Positions 47,538-55,965 of a DNA stretch of 64,000 bases are shown here, piece by piece. Made by a program: the position numbers and the translations under genes. Numbering within the stretch: position 1 is the first letter of the stretch; every line of letters starts with the position of its first letter. Below the pieces are notes generated by a model, which was given only the letters and a program-made list of their open reading frames with translations, made no database searches and was not told the DNA's origin. The stretch comes from Fusobacteriaceae bacterium (GTDB lineage Bacteria > Fusobacteriota > Fusobacteriia > Fusobacteriales > Fusobacteriaceae), in assembly GCA_051648485.1 (NCBI GenBank), contig JBOFFH010000144.1:2042-66041 (forward strand). The letters run 5' to 3'.

Positions 47538-48854
47538 TTAAATTAATTGACTTTTTTCATCTTTTAAAATTACAAGAAGTTGATCTACTTTAAAATTATC
47601 TACATCGACCACTTCAAAAGTATAGTCTTCAAATTCTAAAGAAGCTCCTTTTTTAGGTATAGATTTTAAAGAATACATCATAAATCCAGCTATAGTTTCA
47701 TATGTGTCCTCCTCTGGAAAACTATCAATATTTAAAGCTTTTTTTACATCTTCTACAGGAGTTAGACCATCTATTAGCCAAGATGTTTCCGTTCTTTTTA
47801 TTATGTATTCATCTTGAAACGGGTGAACTACATCTCCCATAAGTGTTGAAATTATATCCTCTAAAGTAATAAGACCTACCACATGCCCGTATTCGTTTAA
47901 TATCACTGCAAAATCTTCATGAGTTTCATTAAATCTATCTAATACATCAGATAAAGTTAATGTGTTTGGAATAATTAAAATTTTTCTATTGGTAATTTCT
48001 TTGATATTCTTTAAACCACTCAATTCTCCTTTTAATATTCTTGGAAGAATATCTTTTGAATCAACATATCCGTAAATACTGTCTATTTCGTTTTCACAAA
48101 CTAAGTATTTCGAATGAGGATTATTTGCTATTTTTTCTTTAATACTCTCTTCGCTTTCAGTCAAATTAAAATATATCATTTCATCTCTTGTAGTCATAGC
48201 TGAAGATACCCAACGAGAATCGAGTTCAAATATATTTTCAATTAAATGATGTTCTTTTTTTAAAAGAACCCCTGCTTCAGCTCCAGCATTTACAACAGCA
48301 AATATCTCTTCGTGAGTTATATTTTCTTCTCTTACTGCTGGGAGTCCTAAAATTTTAAATATCATATCTGAGAGACTCGTGAAAAAAAACACTATTGGTT
48401 TAAAAAGAAAAAGCATCACTTTCATTGGATTTACAACTGCTATAGCTATTTTTTCAGGAGAAACCATAGCTATTCTCTTAGGAATTAAATCTGCAAATTC
48501 AACCACCAACGCTGTTATAAAAAAGAAAGATGCTGTTGAAGAAATATTAGACATCAGTTGTTCTTTTCCTGGAAACCAGCTAAGAAGTGTGGTTTTCAAG
48601 AAAGGATCCAATATATTTTCTCCAATTGTTCCTGCTAAAATTGCTACAATATTCAAACCTATTTGAACAACTGTAAAAAAGTTTCCCGGAATTTCCTGTA
48701 ACTTTAAAACTTTACTTGCATTTTCATTGCCGTTTTCTGCCATAATTTGCAATCTTATCTTTCTAGAAGCTGCTAAAGAAATTTCAGCCATTGAAAAAAA
48801 AGCACTGATTATAATTAAGAAAAATATCACACTAAATTTTGTTAAAATATCCAT
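47538..48854 (-). CDS. CNNM/TlyC-family hemolysin-like protein (DUF21 TM, CBS pair, CorC_HlyC)
   Basis: DUF21 N-terminus with AEISLAASRK, a CBS pair region and the C-terminal transporter-associated domain (F.V...D......L). Confidence 0.9.
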   Translation of the reverse strand: MDILTKFSVIFFLIIISAFFSMAEISLAASRKIRLQIMAENGNENASKVLKLQEIPGNFFTVVQIGLNIVAILAGTIGENILDPFLKTTLLSWFPGKEQLMSNISSTASFFFITALVVEFADLIPKRIAMVSPEKIAIAVVNPMKVMLFLFKPIVFFFTSLSDMIFKILGLPAVREENITHEEIFAVVNAGAEAGVLLKKEHHLIENIFELDSRWVSSAMTTRDEMIYFNLTESEESIKEKIANNPHSKYLVCENEIDSIYGYVDSKDILPRILKGELSGLKNIKEITNRKILIIPNTLTLSDVLDRFNETHEDFAVILNEYGHVVGLITLEDIISTLMGDVVHPFQDEYIIKRTETSWLIDGLTPVEDVKKALNIDSFPEEDTYETIAGFMMYSLKSIPKKGASLEFEDYTFEVVDVDNFKVDQLLVILKDEKSQLI

Positions 48855-49024
48855 AAGTACCCCTTACCATAATTTATTATCTCTTTATTCTACCACAACT
48901 AATTTTAAAAATCTATTCACATCTTTTTTTTCTATAAGTCAATTAAATAGAAATCCTAAAATGGTACTGTTCAACCATTGAGTTGTGTGTTATAATAATA
49001 TATCAAAAAATTAAGGAGTAAAAT

Positions 49025-49963
49025 ATGTCTTATATTCTTGTTTTCGGAGCGTCTATTGTCGATATTTTTGGATTTTGTGGAACTTGCTACAAACAATCAG
49101 ACTCTATTCCTGGAGAGGTTAAAATCTCTTTTGGTGGTGTTTCTAGAAATATAGCTGAAAATATGGCTAGAATTGGAGCAAATGTTAAATTCATCTCAAT
49201 TTTAGGAGATGATGAAATTGGTCGTTCTATGGTAGAACATTCTAAAGTTATTGGCTATGATATGAGTGATTCAATGATTTTAAAAAACAAAGGTACTCCA
49301 ACATACATGGCTATACTTAATGACTGCGGAGAAATGGTTTCAGCTGTTGCTGACATGAGACTTTTAGAAGCTATGACAACAAATTTTATAGACTCTAAAA
49401 GTGAAATATTTTCAAATGCTGAGTACACTTTTTTAGATGCTGATGACCCTATAAGTTTAGAATATATTTTAAAAACATATAAAGGAAAAACTAAATTTAT
49501 TTTAGATCCAGTTTCTTCTAATAAAGCTAAAAATATAAAGCATCTTTGCCATTATTTTCATACCATTAAACCTAATCGTTTAGAAGCTGAAATCATGAGT
49601 GGTATCCAAATTCAAAATGATGAAGACCTTAAAAAAGTTGGCCAATATTTTCTTGATTTAGGAGTAATAAATGTTTTTATCAGTTTAGATGCTGATGGAA
49701 TTTATTATACTGATGGTCAGCATTCAGGAAAAATAAAAGCTTGTAATGCCGTGGTAAAAAATGTTACAGGTGCTGGTGATTCATTTGTCGCTGGTATAGG
49801 ACATGGTTACATTAACAATCTTGATTTAGAAAATATTGTTAAATTTTCTATAGCTATGTCTTTTATAACTATTTCTCACCATGAAACTATTCATCCTGAT
49901 ATGGAATACAGTAAAGTTTTAGAAACTATGGACAATATAAACTGGGAAATTGTAAAATATTAG
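49025..49963 (+). CDS. PfkB-family carbohydrate kinase (pseudouridine-kinase-like)
   Basis: GGVSRNIAENMARIG resembles the YeiC/PsuK motif, and the C-terminal TGAGDSFVAG is the PfkB signature 2 motif. Confidence 0.75.
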   Translation: MSYILVFGASIVDIFGFCGTCYKQSDSIPGEVKISFGGVSRNIAENMARIGANVKFISILGDDEIGRSMVEHSKVIGYDMSDSMILKNKGTPTYMAILNDCGEMVSAVADMRLLEAMTTNFIDSKSEIFSNAEYTFLDADDPISLEYILKTYKGKTKFILDPVSSNKAKNIKHLCHYFHTIKPNRLEAEIMSGIQIQNDEDLKKVGQYFLDLGVINVFISLDADGIYYTDGQHSGKIKACNAVVKNVTGAGDSFVAGIGHGYINNLDLENIVKFSIAMSFITISHHETIHPDMEYSKVLETMDNINWEIVKY

Positions 49964-49965
49964 AA

Positions 49966-49997
49966 AAGGTGTCGGAATAATTTCCGGCACACCCTAA
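49966..49997. terminator. Hairpin between convergent kinase and glutaminase genes
   Basis: ggtgtcggaa-taa-tttccggcacacc forms a GC-rich imperfect stem. Confidence 0.5.
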
Positions 49998-50016
49998 ACT
50001 CCTCAATTTCATTTTT

Positions 50017-50928
50017 TTAAAAAACACTTAAATTGGCATAACTTGATAAATTTTCTAATAAAGATATGCCGGCAATAGAGTTCCCTTTTTCATCTAGTGC
50101 TGGACCAAAAACTCCTATTCCCATTTTTCCAGGAACCACACTCATTATTCCACCGCCCACTCCTGATTTAGAAGGAATACCTACTTTTATTGCAAACTCT
50201 CCAGAGCCATCATACATTCCACAAGTTACCATCAAAGTTTTTACAATTTTACAAACAAAGTCACTTACCACTCTTTCACCTGTAGACAGTACTCCTCCTT
50301 TGGCTAAAAATAGTCCTATTTTAGCTAAATCACAAGCTGTAACCTCTACCGAACATTGTTTAAAATAGATTTCCAAAGCTTCTTCTACATCTCCATCTAT
50401 AAGATTTTCTCCCTTCAAAAAATATCCCATAGAACGATTTTTATTTCCAGTAAGTTTTTCTCCTTCATAGATCTCTTGGTTAATTTCTAAAGTAGGATTT
50501 TCAGAAATAATTTTAAAAAAATCTAAAACTCTTTCAAAACGTTTTTGTCCTTCTCCCTTTATCATAGAACATACCTCTATAGCTCCTGCATTTATCATTG
50601 GATTAAATGGTTTTCCTGTTTTATTAGTTTCTAATTTCATGATAGAGTTAAAAGCATCCCCTGTAGGCTCCATTCCTACTCTATTAAAAACAAAATCTAT
50701 TCCATTATCCAAAATAGCCAGCATCAATGTTAAAGGTTTGGATACACTCTGAATAGTAAATTTTGTCTCATAATCCCCTGCAAAATATATTTCACCATTT
50801 TCTTTTATTAAACATATTCCTAAATTGTTAGCATCTGCTTTAGACAACCCCGGAATGTAGCTAGCCACTTTTCCATGAGAAGTTTTATACCTGTTATATT
50901 TAACTATAGAATTTAAATACTTTTTCAT
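50017..50928 (-). CDS. glsA: Glutaminase A
   Basis: QSVSKP (catalytic Ser-x-x-Lys), NPMINAGAI and SKSGVGGGI are present. The start is trimmed to the ATG at 50928 (SD GGAGG 5 nt upstream). Confidence 0.9.
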   Translation of the reverse strand: MKKYLNSIVKYNRYKTSHGKVASYIPGLSKADANNLGICLIKENGEIYFAGDYETKFTIQSVSKPLTLMLAILDNGIDFVFNRVGMEPTGDAFNSIMKLETNKTGKPFNPMINAGAIEVCSMIKGEGQKRFERVLDFFKIISENPTLEINQEIYEGEKLTGNKNRSMGYFLKGENLIDGDVEEALEIYFKQCSVEVTACDLAKIGLFLAKGGVLSTGERVVSDFVCKIVKTLMVTCGMYDGSGEFAIKVGIPSKSGVGGGIMSVVPGKMGIGVFGPALDEKGNSIAGISLLENLSSYANLSVF

Positions 50929-51129
50929 TTTTTCCTCCGAATTTTCTTTAAATTTTAACATATTTTTTATATTAAGTGAATTTTTTTATCCTTTTTCATA
51001 TTTAAGTTAGTTCATTTTTATGTACTTCATATATAATTTGAATGTTTAGATATTTGATTATTAAAAATAATTATGTTAGCATTATTTAAATCTTTAAACA
51101 ATAATGATTTATATTCAGGGAGGAAATTT

Positions 51130-52470
51130 ATGGATTCATCAAAAAGAGGAAACTGGAGTTCTAGTATTGGATTTATTTTAGCGGCAGCAGGTTCTGCTAT
51201 AGGTTTGGGAAATCTTTGGAAATTTCCATATCAAGCTGGTAAAAATGGTGGTGGAGCTTTTGTATTAGTTTATCTGTTATTAGTTTTAATTTTAGGCTTC
51301 ACTCTTATTTTAGGAGAAATGATCGTTGGAAGAAAAGGTAAGTCGGACGCCTTTGGTTCTTATAATAAAATAAAAAAAGGTTGGGGAATTGTCGGGGGAA
51401 TAGGAATTTTAACTTGCTATATTATTCTTTCTTATTACAGTGTTATCGGTGGTTGGGTTCTAAAATATATACTTGATTTTGTAACAGGTGGAATCAGTGG
51501 AGACCCTGGTGCTCATTTTGGTGGATTTATTTCCAATAGTTTTTCACCTCTTATTTATCTTTCATTATTTTTAGGAGCTACAGCTTTTATAGTTTTAAAA
51601 GGAGTTGCTGGAGGAATAGAAAAAGCTAGTAAAATTATGATGCCTACACTTTTTGCTTTTTTAATAATTATAGTTATAAGATCTGTAACTTTAGAAGGAG
51701 CTTCAGCAGGAATAGAATTTTTCTTAAAGCCTGACTTTTCAGTTATAACTGGAGCTGTTATACTCTCGGCTCTGGGACAAGTTTTTTTCTCTTTGAGTAT
51801 TGGAATGGCTGTCATGATAACTTATGGAAGTTATTTACCTGAAGATACTAACATGCTGAAAAGTGCTCTTATTATACCTGCACTAGATACTTTAGTGGCT
51901 CTTCTTGCAGGATTGGCTGTTTTACCAGCAGTTTTTGCTTTTGGTCTTGAACCTTCAGCTGGACCTGGACTGATGTTTATAACATTACCAAAGGTTTTTG
52001 AACAACTTCCTTTTGGAAATTTTTTCGGAATAATTTTCTTTGTACTAGTTTTATTTGCAGCTTTAACTTCTTCAATATCTCTTTTAGAAGTGCCAGTAGC
52101 ATTTTTGGTAGATCAGTTGGGATGGAATAGAAAAAAAGCTATAGGAACTTTATTAATCGGACTATTTATTTTGGCAGTTCCTGCTTCACTATCTATGGGA
52201 ATTATGGAAAATGTCAATATTTTCTTTGGTATGAACTTCTTTGATTTTTTATGCTATTTAACAGACAACTTATTTTTACCTATTGGTGGACTTTTACTTT
52301 GTATTTTTATAGGATTTGTTTGGGATAAAAAAGATGTAGAAAATGAAATTACAAACAACGGTACAATCAGCTTTTCTCTAATAAAACTTTGGTTCTTTTT
52401 AATTCGTTTTATCGCTCCAACAGTTATATTTGTAATCTTACTTCAAGCTGTCGGTATTATAAAACTATAA
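51130..52470 (+). CDS. Sodium-dependent neurotransmitter:sodium symporter (NSS/SNF) family transporter
   Basis: WSSSIGFILAAAGSAIGLGNLWKFPY is the NSS TM1 signature. The start is trimmed to the ATG at 51130 (SD AGGGAGG). Confidence 0.9.
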   Translation: MDSSKRGNWSSSIGFILAAAGSAIGLGNLWKFPYQAGKNGGGAFVLVYLLLVLILGFTLILGEMIVGRKGKSDAFGSYNKIKKGWGIVGGIGILTCYIILSYYSVIGGWVLKYILDFVTGGISGDPGAHFGGFISNSFSPLIYLSLFLGATAFIVLKGVAGGIEKASKIMMPTLFAFLIIIVIRSVTLEGASAGIEFFLKPDFSVITGAVILSALGQVFFSLSIGMAVMITYGSYLPEDTNMLKSALIIPALDTLVALLAGLAVLPAVFAFGLEPSAGPGLMFITLPKVFEQLPFGNFFGIIFFVLVLFAALTSSISLLEVPVAFLVDQLGWNRKKAIGTLLIGLFILAVPASLSMGIMENVNIFFGMNFFDFLCYLTDNLFLPIGGLLLCIFIGFVWDKKDVENEITNNGTISFSLIKLWFFLIRFIAPTVIFVILLQAVGIIKL

Positions 52471-52496
52471 TTTTATGATTCAAGTTTATTACAGAA

Positions 52497-52533
52497 TAAA
52501 AAAACTCTAGAAATCAATCTCTAGAGTTTTTTT
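52497..52533. terminator. Bidirectional intrinsic terminator between NSS transporter and codA
   Basis: aaaaaaactctaga-aatcaatc-tctagagttttttt. Confidence 0.8.
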
Positions 52534-52535
52534 AA

Positions 52536-53798
52536 TTATCTTTTAAAATCTATTTTCTCTTCTTCCATTAAAAAAATTTTAGACTGTTTTGGAGTAGATT
52601 CTGCTATAATTTTACCCTCTCTAATAGAGTGGGTCACTGTAGCTTGAAGCCTTACTACATCAAAATCATTATCTTCTGATAAAATTATGCAGTTTCCTGG
52701 TTTTCCAATCTCTATTCCATAATGATCTTCTATGCAAAGAGTTTTTGCACTGTTTTTAGAAATCATATCTAAAGATTTAGATATTTCTTCATATCCCATC
52801 ATATGACATACATGAAGCCCCATATTAACAACCGATATCATATTTCCATTTCCTAGTGGATACCAAGGATCAAAAATATCATCATGTCCAAAACAAACAT
52901 TTATTCCTGCTTCTAAAAGTTCTTTAACTCTTGTAACTCCTCTTCTTTTAGGATAAGTATCAAATCTTCCACCTAAATGTATATTTACTAAAGGATTAGC
53001 TACAAAATTTATTTCCGATTCTTTTAACAATCTAAAAAGTTTATATGTGTAGGCATCATTGTATGAACCCATAGCTGTTGTATGACTTGCAGTAACTTTT
53101 GGTCCAATTCCAGCAGCCCAAGCTTCTGCTGCAAGTACTTCTAAAAATCTTGATTGTTCATCATCTATCTCGTCACAATGAACATCTATAAGCCTATTAT
53201 ATTTAACAGCTAACTTCACTATTTTTCTTATAGATTCAACTCCCCAATCTCTTTGATATTCAAAATGTGGTATTGCTCCTATTACATCTGCACCATTTTT
53301 TAAAGCTTCTTCTAAAAGAGCTTCTCCATTTGGATAAGATAAAATTCCTTCTTGTGGAAAGGCAACTATTTGTATTTCTACAAATTTTTTCATTTCCTCT
53401 TTTAACTCTACCATAGCCTTTAGAGCCATTAGCGTTGGATCAGTTACATCTATATGAGTTCTTACAAACTGTATTCCATTAGAAATTTGCCACTTCAGTG
53501 CTTTTCTTGCTCTAGCTTTTACATCTTCAAAGCTTAGTATAGCCTTTCTTTCACTCCAACACTCTATACCTTCAAAAAGAGTACCACTCATATTCCATCT
53601 AGGTTCTCCTGCACTCATAGCTGTATCCAAATGAATATGAGGTTCTACAAATGGTTCCATAACAATATTTCCACAAGCATCTATAATTTTTGTAAACTCT
53701 CCCTCTATTTTTTTTTCTATTTTAGAAAATTTTCCATCACTTATCAAAATATCCACTAAATCATTACTATTTCTAAGCTTTGCATTTTTAATTAGCAT
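52536..53798 (-). CDS. codA: Cytosine deaminase CodA (amidohydrolase superfamily)
   Basis: [15 protein letters not shown] and GHDD form the metal ligand ladder. It overlaps the codB stop by 11 nt. Confidence 0.9.
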   Translation of the reverse strand: MLIKNAKLRNSNDLVDILISDGKFSKIEKKIEGEFTKIIDACGNIVMEPFVEPHIHLDTAMSAGEPRWNMSGTLFEGIECWSERKAILSFEDVKARARKALKWQISNGIQFVRTHIDVTDPTLMALKAMVELKEEMKKFVEIQIVAFPQEGILSYPNGEALLEEALKNGADVIGAIPHFEYQRDWGVESIRKIVKLAVKYNRLIDVHCDEIDDEQSRFLEVLAAEAWAAGIGPKVTASHTTAMGSYNDAYTYKLFRLLKESEINFVANPLVNIHLGGRFDTYPKRRGVTRVKELLEAGINVCFGHDDIFDPWYPLGNGNMISVVNMGLHVCHMMGYEEISKSLDMISKNSAKTLCIEDHYGIEIGKPGNCIILSEDNDFDVVRLQATVTHSIREGKIIAESTPKQSKIFLMEEEKIDFKR

Positions 53799-55041
53799 AT
53801 TTTACTCCTTTTTTTGTTTCAGTTACTTTAATTCCTAAATAATAAACAAACATTGTTATTATAACATTATTTATTGGGGCAATACCAGGTAAAATTTTAG
53901 CACTTACTACTCCTGTTAACCATGCCAATATAGCCACATAGTTTATAGAAACAAACTCCATTTCTTGCATTTTTTTATATTCACCTTTATTTACAAAGAA
54001 GAAATCACAAATAATTATAGCTCCAATCCCTGGAAGTAAAGTATTTAAAAGTGCTAACCATCCAATAAAATTGTTGTAAAGAGGAAGAGCAAAAATTGTT
54101 CCTAAAACTCCATTTATCGTTACCATTTTGCTCTTTGAAACTTTTGTTATACTTGAAAATCCCAATCCCGAAGAATAAAGAGCATTGTCATTAGTTGTCC
54201 AAATATTAAACCCTAAAACTATTATAGCTGGAACTATTATTCCTTGAGTAAACATTACATCTGAAATATCTGAGGTTCCAAAAACTTTTCCTCCTACAGC
54301 TCCAAAAATAAACATTAAAGAATTTCCTAGAAAGAAAGCCACTACTGTACTTATTACTCCTATTTTTGAATTTTTAGCAAATCTTGAAAAATCAGCTGTT
54401 AAGCTTCCACCACTTATAAAAGAGGCAATACACATTCCTATTCCTGCCATTACTGAAATAGGAGCTACTGGTGATATACTCATCACAGCTTTTATTCCTC
54501 CGGCATGATTTACTGCATTTATAACTGAAGTTCCACCTAAAATTGCAATACTCGGAACTGCTATGGCACTCAGTATCGTCACGGCTTTTATTCCAAAATA
54601 AGCAGTTCCTGTCATAAGGATTCCTGAGATAGCCACTATAATCTTTATATCTATATTCGGATATATTTTATTTACTGGTATTGCAAACATAGATACTCCA
54701 ACTCCAAACCATCCTATTTGAGTTAACGCTAAAAGAAAAGAGCCGAGATAAGAACCTTTTTCACCAAATGAATATTTAGCCAAAATATGTGTTGAAAGAC
54801 CTGTTTTAGAGCCTATGTGCCCCAGTGCTCCTGTAAATATACCTAAAATAAGATTTCCAACTAAAACTGCAAATATAAATTCTATTCCTGTAAGCCCTAT
54901 TCCTAAAGTTCCACCCGTCCACATACTAGCCGAGAAAAAAGTAAATCCTAACATTATTACAAACATTGAAAACATACCTCTTCTCGACTCTATTGTTACC
55001 GCTCCGAAAGAAAAATCTAAATCTTTATTTTTTGACATCAT
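53788..55041 (-). CDS. codB: Cytosine permease CodB (NCS1 family)
   Basis: 12-TM NCS1-like protein upstream of and overlapping codA. SD GGGGGG lies before the tandem ATGs at 55041 and 55038. Confidence 0.85.
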   Translation of the reverse strand: MMSKNKDLDFSFGAVTIESRRGMFSMFVIMLGFTFFSASMWTGGTLGIGLTGIEFIFAVLVGNLILGIFTGALGHIGSKTGLSTHILAKYSFGEKGSYLGSFLLALTQIGWFGVGVSMFAIPVNKIYPNIDIKIIVAISGILMTGTAYFGIKAVTILSAIAVPSIAILGGTSVINAVNHAGGIKAVMSISPVAPISVMAGIGMCIASFISGGSLTADFSRFAKNSKIGVISTVVAFFLGNSLMFIFGAVGGKVFGTSDISDVMFTQGIIVPAIIVLGFNIWTTNDNALYSSGLGFSSITKVSKSKMVTINGVLGTIFALPLYNNFIGWLALLNTLLPGIGAIIICDFFFVNKGEYKKMQEMEFVSINYVAILAWLTGVVSAKILPGIAPINNVIITMFVYYLGIKVTETKKGVKYAN

Positions 55042-55066
55042 ACATCCCCCCAAGATAATATTTTGA

Positions 55067-55121
55067 TTAAAAAAAAATGGAATAGAAATTACTGCTAAAT
55101 TGCAGTAACTTCTATTCCATT
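55067..55121 (-). terminator. Strong intrinsic terminator in the codBA leader (candidate attenuator)
   Basis: Minus strand aatggaatagaagttactgc-aattta-gcagtaatttctattccatt (20-bp stem with one mismatch), followed by nine T. It ends about 20 nt before the codB SD. Confidence 0.7.
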
Positions 55122-55232
55122 ATTAAAAACAAATATATTTGATTTTTTTAAAATTTGGAAAAATAAATTTAGAGATAATAACAAAATAAAATTAAAAAAT
55201 TTTAACTTCCTTTTCTTTCTTAATCTCTTCAT
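55095..55232 (-). CDS. 45-codon leader/small ORF (MKRLRKKRKLKFFNFILLLSLNLFFQILKKSNIFVFNNGIEVTAI)
   Basis: SD AGGAGG (55239-55244) lies 6 nt before the ATG at 55232, downstream of a consensus promoter. The stop TAG (55095-55097) is at the loop/3'-arm junction of the terminator. Confidence 0.45.
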   Translation of the reverse strand: MKRLRKKRKLKFFNFILLLSLNLFFQILKKSNIFVFNNGIEVTAI

Positions 55233-55263
55233 TTTCTTCCTCCTTTTTTTCATACTAGTAAAA

Positions 55264-55292
55264 ATTGTATCAAAGTTTATAATACTTGTCAA
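55264..55292 (-). promoter_or_regulatory. Near-consensus sigma-70 promoter driving leader ORF/codBA
   Basis: Minus strand TTGACA (55292-55287), exactly 17 nt, then TACAAT (55269-55264). Confidence 0.65.
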
Positions 55293-55371
55293 TATTTTTT
55301 ATTTTACTATACTTTTATCTTTTTTAAAGGTAATATTAATTATGTATCATTTAAAATTTTAGGAGGTTTTT

Positions 55372-55917
55372 ATGAATAAAATTGCTGTTCTTTTGGCTGA
55401 AGGATTTGAAACTATTGAGGCTCTTGCACCTATAGATGTTTTTAGAAGAGGAGGACTAGAAGTTACAACTGTTTCTATAACAGACAATCTTCAAGTTACT
55501 TCTTCTCAGAAAATTGAAATTCTAGCCGACACCATTATTTCTAAAGTCGACTTCAGTCAGTATTCTTTACTAGTTTTGCCTGGTGGATATCCTGGATATG
55601 TTAATTTGAATGAAAACTCAGAAGTTCAAGAGGTTATAAAAAACTTTATTTTAAACAATAAATATATTGGTGCTATCTGTGGTGGTCCATCTGTTTTAGA
55701 AAAATTCGAAATTTTAGAAAAAAATATTTTTACTTGCCACCATTCTTTAAAAAAATTAACTGAACATAAAAATTTCAGAAAAGAAAATGTTATTCATAGC
55801 GCTAATTTAATAACTTCTTCAGGAGCAGGACACTCTCTAGATTTTGGTTTTGAACTAGCTAGTCTTTTCTTATCTGAAGAAAAACTATTATCAATCAAAA
55901 AAGGCATGGAATTATAA
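55372..55917 (+). CDS. DJ-1/PfpI family protein (YajL/ThiJ-like)
   Basis: LLAEGFE..E, LPGG and the nucleophile elbow AICGGPSVL are present. SD AGGAGG lies upstream of the start. Confidence 0.85.
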   Translation: MNKIAVLLAEGFETIEALAPIDVFRRGGLEVTTVSITDNLQVTSSQKIEILADTIISKVDFSQYSLLVLPGGYPGYVNLNENSEVQEVIKNFILNNKYIGAICGGPSVLEKFEILEKNIFTCHHSLKKLTEHKNFRKENVIHSANLITSSGAGHSLDFGFELASLFLSEEKLLSIKKGMEL

Positions 55918-55920
55918 AAA

Positions 55921-55954
55921 GCAAAAACTCTGAAAAAAATTTCAGAGTTTTTTA
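55921..55954. terminator. Bidirectional terminator between DJ-1 gene and decarboxylase-arginase gene
   Basis: aaaactctgaaa-aaaa-tttcagagtttt. Confidence 0.75.
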
Positions 55955-55965
55955 ATTTTTAATTA

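Noticed and set aside
55095-55292. The 65-aa ORF as given in the ORF track (MTSIINFDTIF...).
   Set aside because: Its first 13-20 codons overlap the -35/-10 boxes of the TTGACA-17-TACAAT promoter and lie upstream of the likely transcription start. Only the internal ATG at 55232 has a Shine-Dalgarno sequence, so the ORF was trimmed to 45 codons. Even that form is treated as a leader/small ORF hypothesis.
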